Positions 25,331 to 40,791 are shown, counted from the whole stretch's first letter. The stretch: DNA of 60,092 nt, filler included, from Platydemus manokwari (GCA_037951405.1; 6 parts of 6 records of this genome joined end to end with filler, not necessarily neighbours in it); one strand, 5' to 3'. Made by a program: numbers and translations. The notes: generated by a model not told the origin, from the letters alone.

Positions 25331-26100
25331 TATTGGGTTTTTGCATAAATTCGTGCGGTTGCAAGAAAACACACCTACTTATTGATTTAAATGATTTGAG
25401 TTATATTCAGTTAGCTGAATTATCTATTTAAATTATTTAAGAATAAATTTCACTTTCATTACCGTCATTAAAATAGAGTGTCAGGTAGATAAAAAAATTG
25501 AACATTTCCAGTATCTACTCCTTTTCTATTTTAATCAACATTTAAACACTGCGGAAGCCACCAGAATGATTTGTTGCGTTTATAGAGAAAAGGCAGACAG
25601 TAAACGAACTGCACAACAGTGGTTTTCGAAATTTAACAGTGGATATTTTGATTTAAACGATGCACTTCAGTCAGCCCGACCTAGTAACTTTGATTAAGAT
25701 TGTTTGAATCAATTGATTCATAATGATCGACACGAGTGCTTGGACAAACCATAAATGGTGATTGTACCACTATTTCTCAACATCTCAAGAAAATGGGTAA
25801 AGTTAAAAAGCTTGGACCATGGGTACCTCATCTTCCCAAACTAAGTCACAAAAATCAACTTGTTTCGATTTCTGCATCTTTACTCGTTCACCATAAATCT
25901 GCTGTGCAGCAACATCAATCTTTCATTTCCAGGATTGTAACACGTGATGAGAAATGGTGTCTGTATGTAAATTTGATACACAAAGAGGCTTGGTTAAGTC
26001 CTCAAAAGCAACCACAACCTAGTTAGAAACCGGAATTTCACCAATTTCTTTGGCGGGGCCAAAAAACCAAACAATTAATGCAGAACACTGCAATCTTGAA
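25331..26100 (+). mobile_element. mariner transposon, 5' portion (degenerate)
   Basis: TIR TATTGGGTTTTTGCATAAATTCGTGCGG after TA; transposase remnants with WVPHL and RIVTRDEKW motifs (ORF 25736-26026); same family as 39953-40791. Confidence 0.9.
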
Positions 26101-29100
26101 ATATAAAATATATTGACAGATGACGGATTATGCCAGTAACTCATTTTTAGGATGATCTTTCCTTAGCAATTTTTTATATTGTATTTTATCTTTCGAGTTT
26201 TGAATCCATTTGTAACGTAATTTGTTTTTGATCATGTAAAAGTTTGTTATTAAAATGTATCTTAGAATACAGTGTAATTTATAAGCGAAAAATAGCTTCA
26301 TTTTTATCTATATTATCCAATAAATTATCATATTATATTCTGTAATATTGGTCCTAGCAAATTCCTGCTAAGATTTAATTAAAGTAGAATTTACAGAGAA
26401 AAGTTATAATTATTTCAAATAATAGATACTTTAGTTCTGATAATTAAAAAAACATACCATTGATGAAAAATTTAGAATTTTTGAAAAAATTATTATAGGA
26501 TTTTACCACTATTTTTGTTATTTATGAAAATTTCAATCTTGTTTTTTATTTGAAGCTAAGTTGCAATCGGTATTGTTTGTCTGATAACAATAATGCATAA
26601 TAATTGATTATCTGCAAGGATTTTGGATTTTTTTTCACATTTGTTGGTACATCAATACAATAATCCACGATAATGGATTATTTGATTTATTTCTGGATAA
26701 TTTGTTTTCCATAGCTGTATACCAATTCTTAAGAATCATTTCATTCATATAGATCGCTGTAACAAAAGACTGCTGAGGAATTGATTGAGGAAAGTTTGAA
26801 ATAAGATTGCTAATAAAATCTCAAAAATATCAATAATATAATTATTGATTCAGCTAAATATCTTTTACACAACCTCATATATTTCTTTCACAAATAAATG
26901 CGGAATGCTGATTATGAATATTTAATGTTTTGAATTTATTGTTTTGATGATTTTTCAGCAGAGAATTATATTTAGTCATGAAAGCTTAATTTCTATAACT
27001 GAAAGGTTTCAAAATATTTCACAATTATTTATCAATATTTTTTCAGCTACGAAATTTGCAGATTCTATAATTTTAAGCTTTCCCAAATCATTTAATTAGA
27101 TTTTTATTTATTTTATTTTTCTTCAGTATTGTTTTATAGTGTTGGTCGAAAAATGTCTGAAAATTTAGAATAATTTGGTTTAAATATTTTTGAAAATTGG
27201 ACCAGAATAAAATCGAATGTGTGCACCACTGGATTTTATGCAAGACTCATTCTCACAAATTTCAATTAGCACGTATACATGTCTTTAAAAAGTAAAAGAT
27301 AACCCCTTAAGTCTTTCAAAACATTAAACTGAACGGTAGGACAACACATAATTACACATAGGACATAACAATCCTTCACTATAACGCTTCAATATTGGAA
27401 ATATAGTTCACCAAATAACACACACCCGATTTGAATATCGATTTTATTGTGATAATTTCGGATATTTCTGTTTAAACGCACAGGTTAACTCTAAATAATT
27501 TGGTGAGTGAACCTATCTATTGAATCGTGGTATCTCTCTAAATTTCATTTTTAATGTCTATTTTTTGGTATTGGTTTGTGATAATTTGTATAAATTAAAT
27601 TTTGTTAACCAATTAGGATTTTAAAAAAGTTAATTTTTAATAACAATAATCATATTTTTGTTGTAAGAATCAATTGCAGGAAAGAAGCAGTTTCTACTTC
27701 GCAATAAATACGAGATATGAAAAATTGCACTGATATTTTCAGTTACTGAGATTATATTTCAAAACATATAATGACCAGTTTAATATTGGAAAAATAAAGT
27801 TGTAAGACATTTTAATTATAGGAATTTAAATGTATTTAACAGTGTTAAAAAAGAAAGCTATTTAATTAATGTCATTGTTCCAATATAATAAGATCTATAA
27901 GACAGCACATTATATAATAAAATCAATGAATAAACGGATAATAAGCTGAAATTATTTTAGAATTATCACTGGATTGACTTTCTTAGAATGATATAAATAC
28001 AATACAAATCAATCAAAATTGTTACAAGAACTAAAGAAAAAACACTAAAAATGGTCGACACCCACAGATCCGATAAGCACAAGTGCCGTCAGCCAATCAA
28101 ATTCGTTTTAATATTAATCCATATTTAGAAGCTAAGAATCGACAACAACATGCTTACATATGACAGTAAGCTCAAATATCCGCCAACGAAACGAATTTCA
28201 GGTAGATGGATCCACGAATAAATTCAACAAAAGGAAAAATAACGATTCAAGAAATCTAGCAGACACACTCGATAAGTCTATAAAAGAGGTTGAGTTCCAT
28301 GATAGTCTTTTTGGTCCTTAAAATCGCGTGTTAAGCCTATCTTTGTGTGATTTTTACGAATCAGATTTTCTGATTACTTTCTATTCTATTTTTGACTTTC
28401 GGGTGCTGATCTCGTCTTGTGTGATTCACCATTGTGAGTTGTAAAGAGGTTTATTTATAGTTTTTAAGATTACCATGGTAATATTTTTGAGTAATACAGT
28501 TTTCAGATCTAAATTGTTGTTTAATACACCAACACAAAGATGTTTCTGGTGAGAATCAGTATTATGACAAGTGATACACTTTGAACCGAAATCAGTATTC
28601 TAGAGTTAAAGTGATATTGATGTTGTTTTAAATAATGATAACGATTGAAAACCTATAACGTTAATTTAGTAAAACTACGACCAATAAAAAGTGTTTGAAG
28701 AGTTCATAGTCTATACAAGAGAAGTGTTCCCGAGCTGTTACCATAACATTTTTTAGTTAAACATAAAGCTTAAACATAATTTATTATGTGAAGTACTTAT
28801 AAATTTTAATTGCTATATTTGTGATGCAAATATAATTCCACATTGTTTATCCGACATATTAATTTAGATAGATATAGATTTCATTATGCTGGTAAAAATA
28901 AATTTCTTAAACAAATTCAATTGGGTTATTTATTATAACATGTACATACATAGAAGCTCAACAATACAATTTTCAGTGCAATAAGAAATTAAAGCACTTG
29001 GCCAATAAAATTCCACTTTGTTTGTTTCTTCATATTTTGTTTTAATGAAAACTCAATTAACTCATTAAACACGCAAGACAATTTCTATATAAAGCAATGC

Positions 29101-29692
29101 ACAGATTTAAAAAATAAAAGAATGAAAAGAGAAATTTATAAGGAATCGTTAATTACTGGGTTTTATTTTCAATGACACGTAAATTCATTTTAAATTGAAT
29201 GTCATTTTATTTATTTATTTATAAATACCGGAAGTTATTTGACAAATGGTTGGGAACGAAATGATTTATTAAGTTGAAAAGAATAAGATCTATGAAATAG
29301 AAATATCGAGCGAGCTCAGCGGAGAAATAAAATTTGGTTAAATTATGTCATTTTAAAAATATTCTTCAAATGAAAAAAAAACCGGAATAATTTCTTGTAG
29401 AGCGAAACATAAATTTAAAATAAATGTTAAGAAATTAGAAATAAAATTACAGGATTTCATAATAAATAATTTATGTATATTTAAAATTCACCGGACAGAA
29501 ATTCATCACAAAACAATTACCGTCGACATGAAAGAAAACTATTAAAGGTCTAATTGTTTTCATTGAATTGGAGACTTTTCTACTCACAGAAAATGAAAAA
29601 TTTCCAATATATTTGTCATACATTATTATTTGATTTAGTTTGTTTTCAATATTAAAAAATAAAACTTATTTAAACATATTAAATTTTGGGAC

Positions 29693-30648
29693 TTCAGTTA
29701 AGAAAATGGATTCTTTGACCGAATTTTAAAGTAAAATTAAAATTTATTTGTAATCATATTTTGATTAAATTTTTACATAAAGTTCAATTTTAGATTAAAA
29801 ACCAAAAATCAACTCTAACAATCAAAAACCATGTCTTCGATGCCGTTACTATATTTGGCACTTTCAAAACATTTCTCGTCACTTTCTATGACGATATTTA
29901 GGCCTGGAATTATATTTATATGCCAAGATATTTTTTCATTGGCGAGGAATTTACAAATTTTCTATCTCAATAAATAATTTTAAATTGTTGGTTTTATTTT
30001 AATAAAAACTGACAATATTTATTGATTGTTAGTTTACTAATGGATATCATTTTGTAAATATAATTTTTTTGTGTGAGCCCCTTGCACCAAAAATACTTTA
30101 TTAAGAATGACGAAAAGGGGCAAGGCTGAATTGTTGAACCAAGTCCCCATTAGAATTCCGAGACTTATATATTTGTAGCATCTGCACTTGTAAGATTTAT
30201 TTGATTTGGATCAAATCTTCATTCAATTACAACATCAACAGGTTTGGAATCAATGTATCCAACCTATTAAATAGACATTAATAATGCTTATTTTGAGAGA
30301 AAACACAAGTACTTTGTTCATAGCACTTCTCTATAATTTCGAAGTCACTTTTTTTTATAAAATAACTGTAAAAATCTTAGATATCATTCTGATTGCTTCT
30401 GATGTTAAAAGAAGAAGTCCTCACTAGTTTTAAGTTAATTGCATTTTGACCTACTTTGACCAGTTTTTCAAATAATTAATTTGTAGTAGATTTTAAAAAT
30501 CATGTGCATATATTATTTGATTCTAAATTTGGTAACTAAAATTTTACTCAAATACTTTTTTAAGAATTTAATTAAATAATCTATATAGATATTTGCAATA
30601 CACTACATAATTTTAAAATTTATTGTAGGACCCTAATTTTTAACTTTA
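29693..30648. mobile_element. MITE-like TIR element, same family as 20155-20738, longer copy
   Basis: Left CAGTTAAGAAAATGGATTCTTTGACC, right GGACCCTAATTTTTAACTTTA; 30440-30648 aligns with 20515-20738. Confidence 0.65.
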
Positions 30649-31671
30649 TCCAATTTTGGTTTAACTATAAGATGCAATGGACAATTAGAACTCATAAAAA
30701 ATTAATGGAGTTGCTAGGCTTCAGCACTGACGATTTATTTATATAAATCATATTTATGAATTAAAATTAAACGCTTAAAAACTAGCTTAAAAATGATCAA
30801 GATATTTGGTAGCTATTTAAAACACTTATAAAAGTATTATATTATTATGGTATATGATTTTTAGATATATAATGTAATCATATTTTATATATTATCAAAT
30901 ATTGTATTAAGAATCTATTCACTAACTTTTTAATCTCAAGAAAAAGTTTTAATCGATAGAATAATCATAATTTTTAAGATTTTTCTATTCGCAGTTTTAA
31001 ACAAATTCCATATTTCATTATATTTATTTTAAATTTGATAAAAATTTGCATTAAATAGAACACAAATAAAATGAAATATATGTTGTATATCGATATACAC
31101 ATTTTCAACTGAAAATTTTTCAACTTCACTACTGTGGTGAGCGAGTGGAAAAAAAGAAATTTTTAGAATGGTAAAAGCAAAATTTGAATTGGAAATTGAG
31201 CTTGGAAATTAATCGATAACTTTATTACAAATATCTAGTTTGTGGAATTCGATATTATTTTTCACGACTACTTTATTTGGATGGTTCGACTTACATAATA
31301 TTAAATAGAAATATTCTTATTTTTCAAATAGATATAATTCTTTTACTTTATATCATATTTATTTTTATCAATTTTATTCAAAATATCACTTGAATACTCG
31401 TAAGTAGTTTCTTACTTTTGTATTATTCTCAATAAAATAATCTCCAATCTGTTTGTCACTGCGAATAATATCATCTCATCTTATTAAACACAAATAAGTA
31501 ATTTTATTTTTTCAGTTTATTTCTCTATTTCAATTAAAATGGATTAATGGCAGGATATTTTAAAAGAAATGAAAATCACAAACCGTGAATAACACTTCGG
31601 ATAAAATACATTCATATTTTTCTTATCGTTATTTCATCGTTGAAAAATTCTAAGATATTGTGATATATATT

Positions 31672-31742
31672 AGGTGTATTAGTATGATTCCGGCTTTTTT
31701 TTTAAAAAACAAAAACATTTTTTAAAATATTTATTTAATGAA
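31672..31742 (+). mobile_element. Second copy of the young gap-flanking repeat end
   Basis: Near-identical to 9234-9300; begins after a TA dinucleotide. Confidence 0.6.
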
Positions 31743-32040
31743 NNNNNNNNNNNNNNNNNNNNNNNNNNNNNNNNNNNNNNNNNNNNTTAATTAATTAANN
31801 NNNNNNNNNNNNNNNNNNNNNNNNNNNNNNNNNNNNNNNNNNAATTAATTATATTTATATGATATATACTATAGCAAAATTTCATATAAAACGGGTAGTT
31901 ATTTCGGAGGGGATCGGGTGTGTCAAAAATTATGATGACCAGTATATGATGATATCGATCATAAATTATTTGAAATACATTTCAATCCATATTTTAATAT
32001 GTAATGATGAAATAGAAATGATAGATAGGGAAATTATCAG

Positions 32041-32937
32041 ATTGCCATATTATCGGCATTGGTGAAACAGACATCATTTCAAGACAAGGTAAGTAGAACC
32101 ATCAGGAATTTTAAAGCATTCATATAACATTAATAAATTATCATTTTATTCTCTCCATCATTATTAAACGAATAAAAATGTATTTGTAAAATAAAATTCA
32201 CAGTGTAACGCAATTATTAAGGCTTTTATCAAATTTCTGACAAATTGATGATTTATAATTTTTCATTGGTTTAATCACTATTTTCATCAAAAATTTTCTT
32301 GAAAAAAAATAGTTCATTCGATAATTATTTTAATCGAAATTTATTAAAATAGAATTGAAATACTAGTCTGTATCGATAATTTACTTTTCGCTGATTCGTT
32401 AATTGATAAAATAACAATGTATCATTCAAATGAATTGCCGAAGAGGTCATTTATAAAATCAACACCCAATAAATAACAGTTGTAAGTATATTGACAGTAA
32501 CTGAAATAAAAATTTCAGACTAAAAAATTAGAATTATCGATTATCATTATTTATAGAATCAGTTTTTGATTAGAGAAATGGTGAATATTATTTTTCTCGA
32601 GAAACAAATTCCTTTCAGCGGGAATGTTCAGATTAAAGCTCAGTCGGAAAACTCGCTAAAGTTTCGCAGGATCAAAGAAAATGTAGAAATGGTAAATTGT
32701 ATTTCCTTTTCGTTCCGATTGTCTGATAGGTTCATTTGCATATTAATCAATCAAAACTATTTAGGTGACTTTGAAATTACTGGTTTATGTCAATGAGCAT
32801 TTCCTTAAGATTCAAGAGAAATTACTTTTCTAAATAAGTCAAACAACTGAACTGTCGAATAAACTGAATTGGCGAATCACGAGTATTTGAAATAATTTTA
32901 GATTTATCATCCTCAGAGACAATTCACATTAAATTAA
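32041..32937 (+). CDS. Tentative 3' exons of an unidentified gene
   Basis: Candidate phase-0 exons 32041-32088 (strong donor AAG|GTAAGT), 32632-32691 (ATG|GTAAAT) and 32902-32937 give IAILSALVKQTSFQDK-IKAQSENSLKFRRIKENVEM-IYHPQRQFTLN*. Acceptor choices are ambiguous and no family is recognised. Confidence 0.35.
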
Positions 32938-33101
32938 ACCCAACTAATCTTTCCATATGAGACAGACAATATAGAAAAATCACAAAAGAATATCTAATTA
33001 CAAGTCCCCTCATTATAAATCTATACATACATACTTTGATTTTGTATAAAAGGATGATTGACAAAATGTTTAATCGATTTGACACGCTAAGTATTATAAT
33101 A

Positions 33102-33829
33102 CACTACAACTTCCAAAACTGGAACACGTTCAATATTCTGGTTTTGGGAGTGTTGTTCCAGTTTCAGGAAAAAGTTAGTTTTAGTTAAAAGGAAAGATTT
33201 GCAAAATCATACAAGTGTATTTTGTTAACTGTATGAACATTATTACAGATACTTATTGAGAATTAGATAATAAATACATCTCATACACTTAAATAAAGAA
33301 ACGTATTCTCTAAACCGAATAACTAGCGATTTTATACCATTTTAAGTATTGACTGCTTGATCAAATGTTATTAATATTCAATTTCACAGGTGGTTGGTGT
33401 TATGACTTCTTTTCCTTTCAGTTCATCAACGACTAACTCATTTGTTGGATACTGGACTGCCTCTAGAGTGCCTTTAACAAGATTACGAAAGTCGATTTTG
33501 AAACTTCTGCGTAGCTACTTCTCTTTGCAACGCATATGCTTGCATAAGGCAGTCTTCTATAAAACAAGGATTATTCTCTATGAATTTGATCACAGTCTCC
33601 ATTGACTGCTCTATATCCTTCATTGATATCTGTTCACAATTTTCATTTTGAACATTTGAACAAAAACCCTCTGATTTATTTTCGAAATAAAAAATGGTGG
33701 TCAATAATATTTACACAAAACACAATTATCCGTTCTCCTAAAATTATTGTAAAAATATAAGTTACAAGTATGTTTAGGTTTTAGGAAGATGTTCCAGTTA
33801 CAGGATGTCCAGTTTTTGGAGTTGTTATG
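33102..33829 (-). mobile_element. Internally deleted TA-flanked DNA transposon (pogo-like TIRs)
   Basis: Left CACTACAACTTCCAAAACTGGAAC versus reverse-complemented right end CATAACAACTCCAAAAACTGGAC; TA on both sides; short minus-strand ORF 33483-33704 may be a transposase C-terminal remnant. Confidence 0.65.
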
Positions 33830-36405
33830 TATATAAAAAATACCTAATATAGAAAATATGGAGTCCACATTTCATATAAATTGTAGATATCGGATTCAAA
33901 TATAAAGTGCATAGGCAAAATGAGAATAAAATCCAATTTTTTTCACAAGATTTGAAAACAATAACTCGTTTTATAATTTCTATATACTTTCTTGGAAATA
34001 AAGATTATCAGGATATGATAAAATAATAAGTCTTACTGGAACCATAAACTCTAAACAAAAATATTCTTACAAAAAATTGAAGATATTTCTGCTGGTCAAA
34101 TGAATATTCAAACAGAGGTCATTTTACATGGAAATCAAGAATAATAAATCAATAAATCACGATGATTTCTTTTAAATTATCTCTTGTTGGAATTATTATG
34201 AAAATCGATAGACTTTTTAATTTTTCTAATGTTCGTAAAATATTAACACACTAATTACTGGCATTAATATTAAAAGTTTATTAATTTAATAGTTTGTGAG
34301 CATATCCAAAAATATATATCAAACAACAGTCACTTTGATTTCAGCTGTTATGATAATAGTTTCCATCACTCGTTAAAAGAAAACTGTTTGATACCAAGGA
34401 AAGATTTAGGATGTAATGATCGCTATACTATTTTTGAAACTGTGCAATACAAATCTAGGGCCAACACATAAGACTATGTATTTAGAAAATATCAATTCTT
34501 AACCATCAAATGTACAAAAAATGGAATGATTGCCTATTATTAGGCCTATTAGGCTATTAGACAAAATTTTCAATCGATTGACCCCCTCACGAATACCACT
34601 TTTAATATGCCTGTACTAATAAAAAAGAATATGAATATTATTAGCTAAAAACAAAGAAGGATTATAAAATATATAACAAACAATTAAAATATAAATACGG
34701 AAAGTATAAATAAATATTATTTCCGCTTGTAAAATTACATAAAATGCTGGTTAGAGATCAATATTATTTCCAAAATAAATCAATAACATGTTCAAATAAC
34801 GGGTAAAATTAAAGAAACCTCGAAAAGAGATATAATAATAATAAATCAATACGATCATGTGATAATAATGACAGATAGGAGGCCATTTTGAAACGCTGTT
34901 CCACTTGTAAAAAATGTTTATATTTTTCAATGTGGAAAATAATGAATTTTAGCTCTAAACTGGCAATGGATAAAATTATGAAAAATGCGTCAACCTAGAT
35001 ATACAATTGAATGATTTCTAAACTGCGTTGAATGTTTGCAGGAGATTATTTGAATAAATAAAAAGATCGCGATATCTATAAAAATTGATATCATATGGTC
35101 ATAATTAATAGAAACATTCCAATGTGTGAATTATTTGAATCGTGTAAAATAATTAAAATGTAGTTACATTGAGACAAATACATTATCCACAGAAATCTTG
35201 ATCACATTCCAATAATATAACAATAACTCAATTTCAATGATAACTCATCAAAATCAAACATGAAAGATAATAGCATCTTTATCATAAATAAGTAACAAAA
35301 TGATAACACAAATGATATTGTAACTGAAAATATGTTTTAAAAACTTCATTGAATTGCTGAAATACATTGAAACATCAAAGTTTGCATAAACGATACATTA
35401 AGGCTACTTCTTAGAATCACTATGCACAATGTAACGATAATAATAGATTTTTAAAAGATTTTACATTCACCATATCATAATTTTATATTACTTTAAATAA
35501 ATAGTAGTAGTAATAAGATATTTTTACAAGTAAATAGGTCAGTGTTATTAGAGATCCATTAGAAATAATTGATTGCATTTGTTACGTAACATCAATTTAT
35601 TGAAACAAAATAAAAAATTATAAATCGATTTATTTTCAATTTTCCATAAAATTTATTAAAGGTTTATTTGAATTACAATCGAGTCACGAGTTAAACTTTT
35701 AGTTTTTTGAATAAAATCGCAAATCTTAAGAGTTAAAATTGTATTATTTAAAGCACTTATTGATAAATTTTAGAAAGAAATATTAATTCTTTAGAGATAA
35801 TCACCGGAAGTTTACTCAAATTTTATTATTTTCATATCCAGCGTTTTTCATGGAATATTATTTTTCATTTGAAATACATGCCCCATTTCTCATTCAAGCG
35901 AAACAAAAAAATAAATTAATAAAATTTCCATTGGTTTATTTTTTATGAAAGAAAAATTAAAAAATCTCTCGAAATGGTTTCATTGGTCTAAATAAACATG
36001 AGTGAAATAAAAAAAATGTAAAATATCTGGTCATCAATAAATAATTTGGAAGGAAATCAATTATGTCATAAAATAATTTGAATAAAAATTCTCAACAATC
36101 AATTGTGGGAAAATTCGAAAGTCATATCCAATGACATAGAAAGGTATTTATGAAGCAAATAGAAAAATCAATAATTAAATAAAATGAAAAGTTTTCTTTA
36201 CACCAGAAAATAAATTATAAGAATGTTTCTAGAGAGAATTACAAATTCAAGTTGGAACGTTATAAATTTAAAACCAGTCGAACTCGTGTATTCCAGGAAA
36301 CATTGTATCTCAAAAAAATCAGATCAGTCAAACTCTAATTATAAGCTCTGAGATATATCATAATAAAATATAATTCAACATATATAATATTCAACATTAC
36401 ACACA

Positions 36406-36966
36406 CACCGTGGGATTCATAAGTCTCCGTCTCTAAAACTAAAATAAAATAACAAAAAACCATATGATTTTTACTCACATATTTATATCCATTGATATTA
36501 ATTATTATTCACTGATTAATGTACTTTATTTCTTATTTCTTATGAATCAGTCGCATTATTACAATATGGCGGAAGCAGCTGGTGAGGTAAATTTCGCTTG
36601 CGGATAGTGGTTATAATTAGCCATGTAATAGTGTACCAATGTAGTGCCAAAGCTTTGCCAAGAATTTCAACAACATTTCAATCATACACCACCAGCTAGA
36701 ACAACAGTGCAATAAGGAAACAGAAGTTTGAAAAAACTGGAAACTTATCCACTAGGTTGAAATCTGATGAAATCATGAAGAAAAAGGTGGAAAATTTGGT
36801 AAAAGAAAATGATGGCACAAATCAACAAAATTGCTTATTGTTTACCGTTATTTGTTCTTACTGTTGTTGTGTTTGGCTGTGCATTAAAGTAACTCAATAC
36901 ATTTAGCATGTTCTTACTATTGTTTTATCTTAGCTTTGGAGACGGAGACTTATGAATCGCACGATA
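36406..36966 (+). mobile_element. Internally deleted Tc1/mariner-superfamily element with long TIRs
   Basis: ~40-bp inverted repeats (CGTG.GATTCATAAGTCTCCGTCTC.AAA.CTAA.ATAAAA) at both ends; internal remnant QEFQQHFNHTPPARTTVQ..KFEKTGNL resembles a transposase N-terminal HTH. Confidence 0.8.
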
Positions 36967-39952
36967 TACGAAATTTTTCATTATTTATGTTTTAACGAAC
37001 CAGATCTATCAAACTATCTTTATCTTCTTCCTGTAAATTGCTATCATATTTTTTAAATATCTTTAATTAAAACAAATGACAAACGAGCTTTCTTTTGGGA
37101 GATATTAAGTGAGGCGACATAAATACAAATGGACACATTTTTATCAAAATCTTGCTCAAAAAACCTAATTATTCTATTGAGAAATAATGTGAATATTATT
37201 TTTTCAGTACAAAAATAAATATTTTACATAATCGAAAGACTGTCCTTACTTGTCAAATAGATTTGTAAATAAACGTCAAATATTACAATCATACTATATA
37301 TCATATGTTGATGGGTATCAAATATTCGATTTGGAATTTATTAAACTAATAATATTTCTAATCATTAAAAAACGACTCCACCTACAGATCAATAAATTTT
37401 CTAAACGATCCTGTTAGAATGTCAACACCAAATTTGAAAATGAGATTTCAACATAATTCACGATTCTATAATATACTGGAAAATAAATTGTCTTCTTATA
37501 ATATCGATGTGATCTAACATAGTATAATTCCTTTGTTAGTTTGAAGATAGATTTATCATAAAATTATGATCCTTCTAGCATTAATAATAATTGATATGAT
37601 ATTAATAAAAAATAAAAAATTATTATTAATAATAAAAATTAAAAAAAATAATAAATGGTAATAATGTTTATTATTGTAGAACAACACAATGAAGATACTT
37701 TCATTGATAATAATAATAATAATATGATCATGATTAGACTGCTTATGATCAAAGTTTAGAATTGATTAAAATAAACCATTGGCAGAATGTTAAAAATTTC
37801 ACTGTAAAAATAAAAAATTGTAACACACACACAAACACAAATTAAGATTAATTAACATAAACACTTTTGATCTTTCAATATTTTGTTTAAATCATATCAC
37901 AAATGAAATTGATATGATATTAATAATAGAAAATTATGTCGAATAAATCTAATTTGGGAAAATTCACAATAAGAAGTTATTTAATATTAACATACACATT
38001 ATAATTAGAGTTGACCTTTATTAGTTTTCATATAAATCGTTCTTAGAATCAATCAGCTTTAAGTCATAAGTAAACTTAACAAATGCATGATTAAAGAGAA
38101 ATTACATTTAATGTCACCTATCGATCTGATATATATAAGCCATTAAAAATCAGAGAAATAATAAAAACCCAAGTAATAAAAACTAGTAGCATATGCACGA
38201 TTGCCGAGGCCTTAATTGTTCCAATAAGTTGACTTATCCTATAAATAGAATTAAAAAGCTTTATTACATTTAACAGACACAGTTTGCCTTGATATTTATT
38301 AATGATGCTATTATTTGAACAAAAATAAATTAGAAATTATACTAATATCTAAGATATTGTTTCTATTAATTGGTTTTACGTCGTCCTTACCATGGCTCAA
38401 ATAAAGAAAATTTAGAGAAAAATTATATTTATTTCAAATAATAAAAAACAAATTTTCTACAAATAATTATAATCAATTTGAAGAGCGAGCGTGTACCGAC
38501 ATACTTTGACACTCACGATAACACAAAATCATACCTTTTGTTATAAAAATAGATTTTTGGTGAATCTTTATGAAATTTTAACACTATTATACTATCAGGT
38601 ATACACTCATTTTATATATAATTAATATATTAATTATTACACTTATTATATTCGTTGATGTTCTCTTAATAAAACCATCAATCATCAATAAAAATTCCAG
38701 TTCATTTTCCAATAAGTTCAGAATTGTTTTACTGTAAGCTCATTTGGAGCCTTGAACACTAGCTTATCAGCAAAAATGTTTTGTGGTTGATTGTTTGTAG
38801 GGATTTTTATATTATATCAAGACTTGTTTTTGGTTATTTTTATCCATAGTATACTAATTCTGAATTTCGGATTATTCAATGTATTGTCGTTTCAGTTATA
38901 TATAAAATTACCTATTTTTTCAAATTTCTTCACATATGTATGTCTTAGGTCCAAGACATCAACAAATATGACCGTTGATGATCCCTCTGAAATCTCGATA
39001 TTTTCTTTTATAATTTTTAAACACCTCACCACATTGTAAAATTCATTACCAACAAAATGATAGAAAAAATCTTGGTTATAATTAAAACAAAATAATGAGA
39101 AATTGTGAAATATAATTTAATAAACCAAATTATTAAAACAAAAAAAGAATATAATATATTTGCTAATGTTATTATTTTCAAAATAAAAATATTATTGATT
39201 GATGATATTGATGAAATTGATATGCCTTATATTAATCTCTAATCAAATATCAACAATGGCGGCAAACATTTATTTATTTCAGTAAGTATAACAATAGAAT
39301 ATTTCAGCAATATGGAAATATAAATAATTTGTTATTGGAAGAATTGAAATGATGTTAAATATAGAAATGATTTTCGATCGAGTCAATTAACGATGACTCA
39401 GTGGATGAATAATTTAAGAAATAATAATAATAATAACTCATCCAGCTAACCATTTTGCAAACAATTTGTGAATTACTGATAAATCTAGATTTATAATGTT
39501 GCTGTCAAATGAAAATCTTATAAATGATAATCTGTTCCATCTAACGTTTGGTAAATGTTATAATTATGACAATTAATTTTGTCAGAAATAAAAAGTAAAT
39601 TTATTTATGTTCACTGTTTTTAAAATAAGATTTGTTGATTTGATATTTTATAAATTCAATTGGCATTGATTGTTGCTGTTACAAAAAATAGGAATTTAAA
39701 AGATGATTAAAGAAAATCTTTTCCCAACTAATTTTTCCCATGTGAACCTAAACAATATGTATCTACAATTTATCATGATACTTAACGGTAGTATTGAATA
39801 AAAATAAACAATATTCATTAAAAAATCAAAGTGTATAAATACGAGTAGAGACAATTAATCACTTGGTAAATCAAATCAATGACGATAAAATCAAATATAC
39901 TTCATCATTAATATCATAACATAGATATTATTAAGGTAATATTAATAAGATA

Positions 39953-40791
39953 TATTGAGTAGGTGCATAAGTTCGTGCGGTTTTTTACAATTATCAAAAA
40001 TGAATACTGATCAAGAATAAAAACCATGCAAAAAATTCCAGATAACAAAATGAATTTATGAAATCATCAGCGAAAACAAATATCTCAGTTTCAATCGGTG
40101 AGATATTCTCCGCCAAAATCTATTAATTCCTTCTACCGTTCTGGCATTTTGTCAATCCCACATTTGAAGAAGCTTGGTGACTTTGGTCGAAAAATTCTTC
40201 AATCCACGTTGTTATTGCTTCTTCGTTTTCAAATGTAAGACCAGAAAGATGGCGCGATGTAAAGCAGAAAAGATGAAAATCTGTTGGGGCTAATATGGAG
40301 ATTGGGGAAGAACTTCCCAGCCAAGCTCTTTAATAGCCAACTTTGTCATTGTGGCAACATAAGGCCTACCATTGTCATATTGCAAAATTGACGTAGATCA
40401 TCACGAATCAATTGCTTCAAACAGTCTTCATCAAAGTTAATAGGTCGGCCTAACCGAGGTTTAATTCAAAATTTCCACTGTTGAATTTCGAAAACCCCTT
40501 TTGTGCTGTTCGTTCATTGACTTCCTTTTCTCCATAAAAGCAACAAATTATTTTGCTAGGTTCTGCAGCGTATAAATGTTGATCAAAATAGAAAAAGAGT
40601 AGGCGCCGAAAATGCTCATTTTTATTTAATTGACACTTCATTTTAATGAGCGTAATGAAAGTATAAATTAGTCTAAAATGATTAAAATGAATAATTCAGC
40701 TGAATGAATAACTCAAATCAGTTAAAACAAGAAGTTGGTGTGTTTTCTTTGCAACAAATAAAACCACATGAATTTATGCGCTGACCCAATA
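39953..40791 (-). mobile_element. Internally deleted mariner element with both TIRs
   Basis: TIRs TATTGAGTAGGTGCATAAGTTCGTGCGGTTTT and TATTGGGTCAGCGCATAAATTCATGTGGTTTT. N-terminus MKCQLNKNEHFRRLLFFYF is joined to the C-terminal YDNGRPYVA..KELGWEVLPQSPY motif; the centre is missing. Confidence 0.9.

Noticed and set aside
33390-33605. Plus-strand ORF after an acceptor-like TTTCACAG as a host exon
   Set aside because: It lies inside a TIR-bounded transposon and is antisense to its probable coding remnant.
38700-39040. Possible minus-strand exon or element fragment
   Set aside because: Frames are interrupted and no recognisable motif was found.
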